From Methylomicrobium lacus LW14 (GTDB lineage Bacteria; Pseudomonadota; Gammaproteobacteria; Methylococcales; Methylomonadaceae): 64,000 nucleotides of DNA. Of the stretch, positions 52,513 to 61,810 are shown one piece after another. Within the stretch, counting starts at the first letter, position 1; every line of letters starts with the position of its first letter. The stretch lies in NCBI RefSeq assembly GCF_000527095.1, contig NZ_AZUN01000001.1:934772-998771 (forward strand), in the 5' to 3' direction. Under the pieces are notes generated by a model that did no database searches, was not told where the DNA came from, and worked only from the letters and a program-made list of their open reading frames with translations. The translations under genes were made by a program, and so were the position numbers.

Positions 52513-53297
52513 AAAGCGCGCGTCAAATAAAGCTCAAACTGTAACGGTGTCGTCAATTTCTCGCAGAGTAATGTCACGGCAGCATCGGTGATTAAAGTAT
52601 CCAGCTGGGTTTCTGCTGCCGTGACTTGATCGAGCAACCAGTACACGTACTTTTTCTTGTCGTGCCCGAAGCTGTTCAGTTCGAAAAACGTCGTTCGTGC
52701 GCCAATTTCTTCCATTGACGGGCGCAGCAAGTCGTTCTTGAGCTTTGGGTGCCCGGCCAACACCACGGACAGGGTCCCTTTGCCGCTCCGCACGATTTCC
52801 ATCAAGCGTTTTAGGGCAATCAGGGTCTTGCTCGGCAGCTGGTGAGCGTCATCAATGAACAAGGCGACCGGTTTTTTCCTTTTGCGAATCAACTCGCGCA
52901 ACGCCCGTTCTCGGAGCCCAACCGACTTAGGCAGGGGGTCATCCTTATCGATGGCCAGATCGCTGAATAATGTCTGTACCAGCGTTGCGGGTGTGACTTG
53001 GCTAACATCCAAAGCTAAGGAATTGGCAGTCAAGATGGCTTTATCTTGTTCCAGTAAGTCCTGGATTTTTTGCAGCATCGCCGTCTTACCGGTACCGACC
53101 ATGCCGGCCAGTACGATGAGCTTGCTGTCCTTGATGGCCAGCTTGAGTTCGGTGACGACTTGTTGTAATTGGGTCGTTTCGAAATAGGCGACCTGGCTAA
53201 GCGAACTCATTTCCCGGATGAGGCCATAGTGGTTTCTAATGTCACTCAGCATGAGGCGGGTTCTCCGATACATGTTCGACAGGTTCGATACAGGCAC
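52272..53297 (-). CDS. TniB/ExeA-like AAA+ ATPase (transposition helper); start uncertain (53297/53252/53210)
   Basis: Walker A (GMVGTGKTAML), Walker B (VALFIDDAHQL), and ExeA/TniB-like overall layout. Confidence 0.75.
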   Translation of the reverse strand: MPVSNLSNMYRRTRLMLSDIRNHYGLIREMSSLSQVAYFETTQLQQVVTELKLAIKDSKLIVLAGMVGTGKTAMLQKIQDLLEQDKAILTANSLALDVSQVTPATLVQTLFSDLAIDKDDPLPKSVGLRERALRELIRKRKKPVALFIDDAHQLPSKTLIALKRLMEIVRSGKGTLSVVLAGHPKLKNDLLRPSMEEIGARTTFFELNSFGHDKKKYVYWLLDQVTAAETQLDTLITDAAVTLLCEKLTTPLQFELYLTRAFEEAFRVGQKPVDADTIQDILAPDLDGLEARLTRNGYNVRLLTDILTAKPKEIRSFLSGQLPPERTQELHDQLLAAGVLL

Positions 53298-55118
53298 GGA
53301 CCCGTGCCAGCACTTCCCGCTTGTTCAGCGTGGACTGAACAAGCGCATTGATCCGAGCGAGCTGATCGGCAGACAATTTCGCCAGTGGCAGCCCCAAAAA
53401 TTCCGAAATGGCGCGTTTCGCCGCCAGTATGCTCGGGTAAGCCAACTGGTTGAATGGATCGGGATCGGCAAACGCTTGCGCGGGTAAGCCGTCGGGCCGA
53501 ATGAATGCCGCGACGTCGGGCCGATTTTCCAGGGCGGCACGCGGCAATTCGAGTTGAGCGGCCAATGTCTCGATGCGATCCGCACGCGTCTGCGTGGCTG
53601 ATTTCTTGAAAGCGCGGTAGCGATTCAAGGGGATGGGACCGCCGACCGGCAAGTAAGGACCGAAGCGTTTTTCACCGTGCTCGACAAACAATTCCTGGTC
53701 GAACAGCCCCCACCACAGCACCACCTCCTCACCGGCTAGGTCAGCATCGACCTCATACGGTATGCCGTCCACCGTGACGCGCGCATCGATCGCCACCTTG
53801 CGCCGTTCCGGTTCGCGGGCAAAGGTGCAAAAACGTTCCCAACTGCACATCGCCCGAATGCCGCCGGCGGGCAGGTTCTGCAACCAATCTTCGGCACGCG
53901 AATGCGGCTCAGAGCGATGATCCATTGCGTTGTAGCGAACCAGGAAGTTCTGTAACCAGGCATTCGCTTCCATTTCATCGCGCGGTTTCTGGAAGTGATA
54001 CAAGGTTTCATGGAGCTCTTTCACGGTGCGGAATGGGCGCTCGACTTTGCCCTTGGAACGGGCCGTGGTACGACGGCCGTCCTTGCCGGCCGGCAGGTGG
54101 GTGCGCAACTTGATGCCAAGGTAACGCATCACGCGCTGAAATACCTGGCTACGTGCCACAGGTCCGTTATCAGTGTATATCATCAGCGGGATACCTTGTA
54201 ACGGAGCGTCAGGCGAGGATTTCGCGGCCATGGCGTTGAATAGAAAACGTAAGGCGGTGACGACATCCTCGCCGTAGACGCAGTGGTACTCCTGGTAAGC
54301 CACCCCGCTGCGATCATCGACGACGGAAAACAGCATCAGGGTGGGCGCCTTCATATCCGGACGAATCCATGACGGAGCCTCGACTTCCTTGATATCATCA
54401 GCGGGATACCTTGTAACGGAGCGTCAGGCGAGGATTTCGCGGCCATGGCGTTGAATAGAAAACGTAAGGCGGTGACGACATCCTCGCCGTAGACGCAGTG
54501 GTACTCCTGGTAAGCCACCCCGCTGCGATCATCGACGACGGAAAACAGCATCAGGGTGGGCGCCTTCATATCCGGACGAATCCATGACGGAGCCTCGACT
54601 TCCTTGAGGTCCGATGGCGAAAGGTCGAATTGCCAGCAATCGTTGCTGTGCTCCGCCTGGAAGCGCACCGCAGGCGGTGGTCGCCCTAGGGTCGTGCGGT
54701 CGTAACCCCATTGTTTGAGATAGCGATTCACCGTGGTCTTGTTGAGTGTGCCGGCAGCGGCTTGAACATGGCCAGCGGGGGTATCGATCCCGAACGTCTC
54801 GATCAGCCGGATCGATTCGGCGGTCGAAAGGTGTCTGCTTTTCTTGTTTGATGTTCGCACTTTTATCGCGGCGATCAATTCGCAGTAGTGCTCTAACTGC
54901 TCTGCAGGCAGTACGCGCGGCACTCCCCGATCAGCGCGGCGCAAAGCCTTTGGCCGGCATCGCTCGGCCAGCGCCCCGTACAAGGTGGGCTCAGAAACAC
55001 CAAACGTCTGCGCGGTTTCCGCCACGACCAGGCGGCGTTCGTGACTGCGAGTCGGCAGTAATGCCAGCCGCCGTGCCAGATCGATCAAGGTCTCAGAGGG
55101 AATGATCTTTCTAGTCAC
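53242..55118 (-). pseudogene. TniA/Mu-like DDE transposase (rve integrase core + Mu transposase C-terminal domain) split by a 215-bp tandem duplication
   Basis: ORFs 54351..55118 (N-terminal HTH plus DDE core with WQFDLSP) and 53242..54354 (C-terminal domain) share the duplicated peptide MKAPTLMLFSVVDDRSGVAYQEYHCVYGEDVV...GIPLMI. The 215-bp duplication is not a multiple of 3, so it frameshifts the gene. Confidence 0.75.
54179..54608. repeat. Tandem duplication, 2 x 215 bp inside tniA
   Basis: atcatcagcgggataccttgtaacgg...gagcctcgacttccttga occurs at 54179 and again at 54394. Confidence 0.85.
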
Positions 55119-55133
55119 AGCACAATCTCGACG

Positions 55134-55727
55134 CTACCGAACCGCTCTCGATACGCCGAGGGGTACGCCGCGATGGCGCAGATAGGCGTATAAAGTGCTC
55201 TTGGAAATATGCAGATGCTCGGCAATTTGCTGGGCGCTGAGCTTGCCTTCACGGTACAGTGTTTCGGCGGCGCAAGCGGTGGATAGGGCTTTCTGCGGCA
55301 AGCCTTTCGGGCGTCCGCCGATGCGTCCACGTGCGCGGGCGGCGGAAAGACCGGCTTGCGTGCGCTCGCGAATCACATCGCGTTCAAATTCGGCCAAGGA
55401 AGCGAAAAGATTAAACACCAGACGTCCTTGCGGCGTTGTGGTGTCGATTGGATCATTGAGGCTCTTGATGCCGACATCCCGCTGTAACAGCAGATTGACG
55501 GTCTCAACCAGATGCTTGAGCGAACGCCCCAGACGATCCAGTTTCCAAACCACCACGATGTCACCCGGTCGCACCTCTTCGAGTAGCTTGGCCAATATCG
55601 GCCGCTCGGTCGCCGCGCCGCTGATGACTTCCGTGTAAACCTTGGCGCAGCCCACCTCCTTTAGCGCATCGACCTGAAGCGCTACGGTCTGATCGCGGGT
55701 GCTGACGCGGGCGTAACCAATATTCAT
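55134..55727 (-). CDS. Serine recombinase (resolvase/invertase, TniR/BinL-like)
   Basis: MNIGYARVSTRDQ carries the catalytic Ser. A resolvase N-terminal domain is followed by a C-terminal HTH (LSAQQIAEHLHISKSTLYAYL). Confidence 0.9.
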   Translation of the reverse strand: MNIGYARVSTRDQTVALQVDALKEVGCAKVYTEVISGAATERPILAKLLEEVRPGDIVVVWKLDRLGRSLKHLVETVNLLLQRDVGIKSLNDPIDTTTPQGRLVFNLFASLAEFERDVIRERTQAGLSAARARGRIGGRPKGLPQKALSTACAAETLYREGKLSAQQIAEHLHISKSTLYAYLRHRGVPLGVSRAVR

Positions 55728-55737
55728 GGGAATCTTT

Positions 55738-55806
55738 TGTCGTATGCGTATCGTCCATTATACTCATCACCCAAAAGTAAATGATCGTTTTGTCGAACGC
55801 TGACAG
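55738..55806. promoter_or_regulatory. Candidate res-like recombination site upstream of the resolvase gene
   Basis: TGTCGTATGCGTATCGTCCA at 55738-55757 and the inverted half-sites TGTCGAACGCTGACA at 55791-55805 resemble TGTC...GACA resolvase binding half-sites. Confidence 0.25.
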
Positions 55807-55809
55807 TAG

Positions 55810-58800
55810 CTAATTAGTCAAGTCGAGCAAGATTTGCAGGTCTTTGCCATTAATCCGTTCATCCCGATACAGGTCCGCATCCGGATTGAATTTCGGGTCG
55901 CCGACTTTACTGCCCAGGGCATTTTTTAACAACGCGATGTCAAGATCATCAACCAGGCTATCGCCATTGAGATCCCCGCGTATTTTAGGCGGAACGAATC
56001 CTTCAAACTCGCTGGCCTTGTAAGCATAAGTCGTGGCTAGATCGAAGCTGACCAAGTTGCTGCCGCTGGGGCCAGCTATCAATAAATCTTTTACGAAGTA
56101 AGGACCGTCTTGACCATTAGTACCGATTCTGCTGCCGTCAAAGACAAAGCTTATCTGGGCATCGCCGGCACTTAAATCCAGTTGATGCGTATAAAAACCG
56201 ATTTCCGTACCTGTTGAATCGACTAAGCGGGCGCTCCAAACGTAGGTGCCGCTCGTTTTCAGTTTTACCCCTACCTCAACTTGTAGTTGGTTGAACAAGC
56301 CGTCTCCATCGGTGTCGACCCCTCGATTGCTCGAAGAGCCCGTCAGCACGATGGCTGGAACAGTCGCTTGATTGGGGTCAAACTCGGTATACGAATAGCT
56401 TTTAGTCTCTTGCGGAAGCTGAAGCCTGTCAATTACTTTGTGAGTTTCAGGATCCTTAAGGACAACTTCCGCCCGGTATGGGCCGTCAATTTGACGTTTG
56501 AAAATATAAGCTCCGTCAAAATCAAAACTCAATTGCCGAATCCCAGGTGTTACCGTGATTGATTGTGAAATACTTGATGTATGGTAGGTTCCCGAGGTGC
56601 TCGTCAGTTCGAGCTGACTTTCCAACAGATAAGTCGCTGCTTGGGAAAAACTGGCATCAACGGTGACATTAAGGAGGTCGAACAGCCCATTGCCATTGTT
56701 ATCAACCCCTTTATCGGCAACGGAACCGTCCACCAGTTCAAACACGGAGGCGAAGTTTTGAAACTGATAAGGCTGGGTGACAAATTTGAAACCTACCGCA
56801 TAGCGATTGCCTTCGCCGCTGCTTTCTTCAAGCGACAACCCTCCATCATATGGTCCATTCAGGCCGGACCGACGCAACGGTAAACCGGGAAACACAAAAC
56901 TATACTGCGTCTGCCCGGCCGTAAGCATGACATCGTCGGCATAAGCGTTACTTATTGAGGGCTTGCCATCTTTATACAAAGACCCTGCAAAACGGTAATT
57001 ACCACTTGCGCGAACAATGAGATCCATCGTCACACGGAGACCCTCTAACATCCCATCACCATTCTCATCTACCCCCTCATCGTGCGCTCCGGTAATGTAT
57101 GCGAGAAGCTCTCCGAAAGTTTGATGATCATAATTTGGCGTTTGCAGACTTTTTGTGTTCGTTTCGCCTAAGACTGAGAGATTGAGGTCGTAGGGACCGT
57201 CTTGACCGGAACGGAAGATTTCTTCACCCGAGAACATCAGCGTTACCGTTTGCTTTCCGGATTCGGCTATCAAGGTTTTCGTGCAGTCAGCTGAAGAATG
57301 ATACTGGCCGCTGGTAATTAACTGGCCGTTTTTCCTTAATTCGCACCCTATGGTATAGGAACCCGCCTGGGTAATCTCGACATCGACATCGACAGCAAGG
57401 GCCTCATAGATGCCGTCGTTTTCAGTATCTATCAGGCGATAATTTGCGGTATCCGGGAATTGGAGCCCGCCTACGGTTGCCTCTGCATTCGCGATTAGTG
57501 CAGAAGTGGAGAGGGGAGCCGGTGGCAACAAATAACTATAATTATCCCAATCAGCTCCTGGAGATGCCGGTGCTTGGCCTGGCAATTGATAAATTTTCGC
57601 GCCTTCAACGGTAACCAAGTAAGGCCCGTTGGCATCCGCCAGCGTCTCTCCGGTTTGGTTAAAAGCAACAAACTCATTCTTTGTAGAATAAATCTTGTTG
57701 AAGGTAGCGTCATAGAAATTATTGTTATATCGGCGTAAGCTGTGATCTAAGAATCTATATCGGTCATAAACGGTACCTTCGAATGCTTTAGCATTCCCCC
57801 TGAAGAGAGGGTCGATTGATTGCTGCCCCAGAACTGTTAAAAAGCCTTTTTCTAGCGAGCCTCTTTGTATTTCCCTGTACATTCCGTCCACCCCCAGTGT
57901 TTTCGACATTGCGCTAAATACATCGCTGAACAGGTAGCAATCGGCCTGCGTGCAGGTGATCGGATCATTGACCATTCCGCTCCAGTCACGGCATTGAGGA
58001 TACGTTGAGTACTGCCAGTTGGCTCCGCCAAAGCTATAAACGCCCTGAAGTACCGCAGCATGTATCGCGGCCTCGTCCGATTTTCCGGCAGCCCACGCGG
58101 TCGCTTTTTCGTACCAGGCACGGCGAGGCGGATTAACGTTATCATTTGGGCTGGCTTTGGTCGCAAACAGTTTTCGACTGGCACCGAGGGTTTCCTGATG
58201 ATTATTTTTATTGTCATTTACTGTATAAGTGAAATTCACCAGATAACTGCCTATTTTATCCGGCACAGCCACTGGAAAATCACCCTCAAAACCTGACCAT
58301 GTCTTGGAGTCACTGCCACCCCCGCTAATGGTCCATTCGACTGATACTTCGGGCGGGTCGATGCTGTTCTCGGGGCAAGTCTTGATTTTAGCTTTCAAAT
58401 TGGGGCTGCCACCCCCGGTAAAACCCGAGAAAGGATATTCGTCGATGGCTTCTGTCGTAGTTGTCACGGTGCATGTTTGATCAAACTCTTGCTCATAAAT
58501 AACATCAATCGTTTCCTCGCCGGTATTTTGTCGAACTTTATTACCACCTTCGCCGACCGACATCTTAAGAGCCAATTTTGGGCGGATAGGGATGTGCATC
58601 GCCACCCAGTCGATGGCTGTACACCAGCTTCCGCTACTTAACGTATCGACATTGATTTGAATTTTGTTGGTAACTGGCGTTACGCTAGAGCCATTACCCG
58701 GCCGCTGAGGAAATTTCACTTTTCGAATGTCGATAGTGAAATCATTTAGTTTCCAAATATTATTATCTCCTGTCAGAAAACCTACACTTTCACCGTTGAA

Positions 58801-59259
58801 CAGTACTTCGTCTTTTTCCGCTGGCGGACCGCCAGTAACATCGACATCATAAGCAGGCATCTTAACTGCGACTTTCGCAGGAATGATACCAGCAGTAATA
58901 AACGCTGACGGGTCGATCAAATAGCCGTCAGCATCGACATCGCCGACAAATTTGTCGATAACGACTTCAATAACTAAAGGATGACCTGCGTCTGTATTAA
59001 AGGTACATCCCGTATCCAGTCCATTGCCATTGTCGGCAATGAAAACATCGCTTGTTGGCGGATCAAAAGGGGAAGTTCGATTGGCCGTGGCAGCCGAAAG
59101 TGCTGTACTGGGCGCGGGGCTGTCGCTTCGAACGTCTCTCGTTTCTTGCGCCTCGCATATTGAAAAAGTTGGTAATACCAGCACGATGGATGCAACCAGC
59201 AGCCATATCTTTATCACGTACTGTTTCAGGGTAGACGAGGAGTTTCTACACATTTTCAT
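55810..59259 (-). CDS. Large secreted protein (1149 aa) with C-terminal dockerin-like calcium-binding repeat pair; transposon cargo
   Basis: A signal peptide, then a long beta-rich region of unknown function. The C-terminus GDLNGDSLVDDLDIALLKNAL...DLYRDERINGKDLQILLD matches the duplicated dockerin type I segment pattern. GC is lower than the flanking DNA. Confidence 0.6.
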   Translation of the reverse strand: MKMCRNSSSTLKQYVIKIWLLVASIVLVLPTFSICEAQETRDVRSDSPAPSTALSAATANRTSPFDPPTSDVFIADNGNGLDTGCTFNTDAGHPLVIEVVIDKFVGDVDADGYLIDPSAFITAGIIPAKVAVKMPAYDVDVTGGPPAEKDEVLFNGESVGFLTGDNNIWKLNDFTIDIRKVKFPQRPGNGSSVTPVTNKIQINVDTLSSGSWCTAIDWVAMHIPIRPKLALKMSVGEGGNKVRQNTGEETIDVIYEQEFDQTCTVTTTTEAIDEYPFSGFTGGGSPNLKAKIKTCPENSIDPPEVSVEWTISGGGSDSKTWSGFEGDFPVAVPDKIGSYLVNFTYTVNDNKNNHQETLGASRKLFATKASPNDNVNPPRRAWYEKATAWAAGKSDEAAIHAAVLQGVYSFGGANWQYSTYPQCRDWSGMVNDPITCTQADCYLFSDVFSAMSKTLGVDGMYREIQRGSLEKGFLTVLGQQSIDPLFRGNAKAFEGTVYDRYRFLDHSLRRYNNNFYDATFNKIYSTKNEFVAFNQTGETLADANGPYLVTVEGAKIYQLPGQAPASPGADWDNYSYLLPPAPLSTSALIANAEATVGGLQFPDTANYRLIDTENDGIYEALAVDVDVEITQAGSYTIGCELRKNGQLITSGQYHSSADCTKTLIAESGKQTVTLMFSGEEIFRSGQDGPYDLNLSVLGETNTKSLQTPNYDHQTFGELLAYITGAHDEGVDENGDGMLEGLRVTMDLIVRASGNYRFAGSLYKDGKPSISNAYADDVMLTAGQTQYSFVFPGLPLRRSGLNGPYDGGLSLEESSGEGNRYAVGFKFVTQPYQFQNFASVFELVDGSVADKGVDNNGNGLFDLLNVTVDASFSQAATYLLESQLELTSTSGTYHTSSISQSITVTPGIRQLSFDFDGAYIFKRQIDGPYRAEVVLKDPETHKVIDRLQLPQETKSYSYTEFDPNQATVPAIVLTGSSSNRGVDTDGDGLFNQLQVEVGVKLKTSGTYVWSARLVDSTGTEIGFYTHQLDLSAGDAQISFVFDGSRIGTNGQDGPYFVKDLLIAGPSGSNLVSFDLATTYAYKASEFEGFVPPKIRGDLNGDSLVDDLDIALLKNALGSKVGDPKFNPDADLYRDERINGKDLQILLDLTN

Positions 59260-59708
59260 GCAATGCGCCTGTAAAATGAAGGGGAAAGTATTGTCAATTT
59301 TTGGGGTTTGAGGCGCAATGGAATGGAAAATTTAGCTAGCTTATTAGCTGATGCGCTTTTGCGATAACATAAGAGAGTGGCGGAAATTTGTCAAACGGCG
59401 TTGAAAACTTTCTGGCGCGGTAGGGCGGGTAGAGCGGAGCGTTCTTCAAATTTTCGAAGAGTATGGAAACCTACCGCAAAGTTTTGAACGAAGAGGCTAC
59501 GATTGTAATGTCTACCAACAGCGATCTTTTCGAATTGCTCAAGCGGATCGAACAGAAAAGGTCATAGTAATGGATCTGTAAAGCCAAGGGTGCGCTGCGC
59601 GCACCCTTGGCTTGGCGATCAGCAGCAAATCTCCGCCTTGAAACCCGCCGCGCCGCCCGGCACCGCCAAGCTCAACGGCCTCGATCCTTCGGCCTGATTA
59701 AAAGCCCC

Positions 59709-59963
59709 CTAGAGCATTTTCATATAGGGTAAAGGTGCAATGCTGTTAAGTTAAGCCGTCATCTCGGCAGGGATTGCCGAGATCCACGACTGCACGGACG
59801 CAGGAGGTAGGGCAAGGCAGGAGCAATTGCCGAGAGTACATGGAAGTATTAAAGCCTGCCATCCTTGGCAGTTTAATTCCGGCACTCCCTGCCGGAATGA
59901 CGAACCCTGGCTTAACTTAGCGGCATTATTCAAGACCGTACATCCGAAACGAAAATGCTCTAG
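59709..59963. repeat. Nested inverted-repeat element (possible MITE or structured ncRNA) in the transposon's non-coding right arm
   Basis: Outer perfect 13-bp inverted repeat ctagagcattttc (59709-59721) / gaaaatgctctag (59951-59963). Inner 16-bp imperfect inverted repeat at 59743-59757 / 59908-59923. Internal perfect hairpins: atctcggca-gggat-tgccgagat, ctgcca-tcct-tggcag and ccggca-ctccc-tgccgg. Confidence 0.4.
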
Positions 59964-60358
59964 AAAAACTGCCTGCCTGACCTAACAGCCGCATCGACGA
60001 ATTACCGCCCTTTCGTTGCTCGGATTAAATCATAGCCTTGGCAGCCTGACTATGTGAAAGGGCTGGGCGCTTACACTCAGTCATTTCTTTCTATACATCC
60101 TATACACCGATTGCCCGCTTGGGGTCGGGTATAGTCAATCGTTTGACAGCATGAGACGGGTTGGTACGCATTATTTGCACTATGTTCATTCTCAGTTAAT
60201 CTGGTTCCTAACCGATGTTATCGGGCTGTTCTCAATGAATCTGGGCTCATTCTCGTTTAATGTGGGCCGGAGCGCATGGATATTATCAGCTAAAGTGGTC
60301 CCGAAAAACGGATGTAATCGGGTCCTGTGATTTATGTTATCGGGCCGCTACAGTTAGC

Positions 60359-61810
60359 CTATCTCATCGAAATGGCTATCGACTGAATGCAATCGATTAG
60401 GTGTCCGGGAAGAATGCCGAACCAGACCAGCAGCAGGCTTAAGGCGGCGAGTGTTACGGTAGACAGCCATTTGCGGGATTTTTTGGGGGGTTCAGACATC
60501 ACCTCTTCACTATTCATCGACATCGCGACAATGATCCTAACGTAGTAGTAGAGCCCAAGGCCGCTGCCGATGATGACACTAGCCAGCAAGACCCACAGTC
60601 GGGCATCGGCGCCGCTGGTGAAAACATAGAATTTACCGATAAATCCGGCGGTCAGGGGAATGCCTGCCAGCGATAACAACATCAGCGTAAACGTTCCGGC
60701 CAACCACGGACGCCGCCAAAACAGACCGCGCAAGATTGCGACATCACCGGCCTCTTGTTGCGGCGTGGACAGCACCGAAACGACTCCGAAGGCACCGATC
60801 GTGGTAATGAAATAGGCAACCAGATAAAAAGCGGCCGATTCGACAACTAGTGGCCTCGCAATGCTTGCGCCGGCAATCAAGGCTACCAAGAGATAGCCCA
60901 TGTGGGCGATCGACGAATAGGCTAACAAGCGCTTGATATTCTTTTGCAGCAATGCCAGCATATTGCCGACCAAAATAGACAGCATCGCGATGAAACTGAA
61001 CACGGTCAGCAAAGGAACGTAACGGTAGCTGCCGGTGGTCACCAATAAACGTAAGAGCAGAACGAAAACAGCACCCTTCGAGACGGTCGCGATAAACGCA
61101 GTCACCGGCGCCGGAGCGCCTTCGTAGACATCCGGTGTCCACAAATGAAACGGGGCCAACGATAGCTTGAAACCGAGCCCTGCCGCGATCAGAATAACGC
61201 CGCTCAGAATCACGGAATTTAGGGGAAGGTGGGCATCGATGAAGCCTTCAATGCCGATGAAATCAAGCTCGCCGCTTTCGGCATAGAGCAAGGCAATGCC
61301 CATTAGCAGAAAGGCCGAAGACACGCCGGACAATACCAGGTATTTGATTGCCGCCTCGAGCGGGCGAGTCCGATTGACCGGATAGCCGATCAGCGTGAAC
61401 AGTGAAATACTCAGTATTTCAAGACCTAAAAACAAGGCGGCGAAATGACTGCTGGCGGCCAGCACCGACCCGCCTAAGAGCGCGGTTAACAATAGCAACG
61501 GAAGTTCTTCGTTTTCTGCATCGTATTGCTTGAAATAATCATGGCACAGGCCCAGCACCGCGAGGCCTGCCAGTAACAACAAGGCGACAAAGAACAACGC
61601 GTAATGGTCTATGTTCAGCAATGGAATCGCCTGGATCGAAGATTTATGCCAGGCAGGGCCAATCAAGAGCAGGGACAACACGATGCCAAAGCCGGCGATA
61701 CCGTTGACCAGCGCGAAATTCCGTCTGACCGCGATCACGAGCATGAGGGTGATGGCCGTGACGATCATCGCAATGAAAGGTGCAAGAACGATTAGCGAAT
61801 CAAGGTCCAT
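60359..61810 (-). CDS. nuoN: NADH-quinone oxidoreductase subunit N
   Basis: A 483-aa polytopic membrane protein with NuoN/ND2-like helices. It is the last gene of the nuoLMN run, and its stop lies 6 bp from the transposon terminus. Confidence 0.85.
   Translation of the reverse strand: MDLDSLIVLAPFIAMIVTAITLMLVIAVRRNFALVNGIAGFGIVLSLLLIGPAWHKSSIQAIPLLNIDHYALFFVALLLLAGLAVLGLCHDYFKQYDAENEELPLLLLTALLGGSVLAASSHFAALFLGLEILSISLFTLIGYPVNRTRPLEAAIKYLVLSGVSSAFLLMGIALLYAESGELDFIGIEGFIDAHLPLNSVILSGVILIAAGLGFKLSLAPFHLWTPDVYEGAPAPVTAFIATVSKGAVFVLLLRLLVTTGSYRYVPLLTVFSFIAMLSILVGNMLALLQKNIKRLLAYSSIAHMGYLLVALIAGASIARPLVVESAAFYLVAYFITTIGAFGVVSVLSTPQQEAGDVAILRGLFWRRPWLAGTFTLMLLSLAGIPLTAGFIGKFYVFTSGADARLWVLLASVIIGSGLGLYYYVRIIVAMSMNSEEVMSEPPKKSRKWLSTVTLAALSLLLVWFGILPGHLIDCIQSIAISMR

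Larger units (their letters stand above)
51652..60360 (-). mobile_element. Tn5053/Tn552-like transposon (tniA-tniB-serine resolvase) with ~165-bp complex terminal inverted repeats and a cargo gene; likely defective
   Basis: Terminal inverted repeats of ~165 bp (~90% identical) at 51660-51825 and 60188-60352. Both begin with outward 5'-TGTAGCGGCCCGATAACATAA and contain at least six copies of a CC(C/A)GAT(A/T)ACAT-like motif. Internal genes are a TniB-like ATPase, a Mu/TniA-like DDE transposase, a serine recombinase and a 1149-aa secreted protein. No clean target-site duplication is visible. Confidence 0.7.

Noticed and set aside
59709-59963. Retron msr/msd interpretation of the nested inverted repeats
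   Set aside because: Retron ncRNAs are flanked by a1/a2 inverted repeats but are followed by a reverse transcriptase gene. No reverse transcriptase ORF exists within or near the transposon, so a MITE or other ncRNA is more plausible.
51660-60352. 5-bp target-site duplication for the transposon
   Set aside because: The flanks (ctaaa / gttag) do not match. The terminal inverted repeats may extend a few bases further with mismatches, so no target-site duplication can be claimed.
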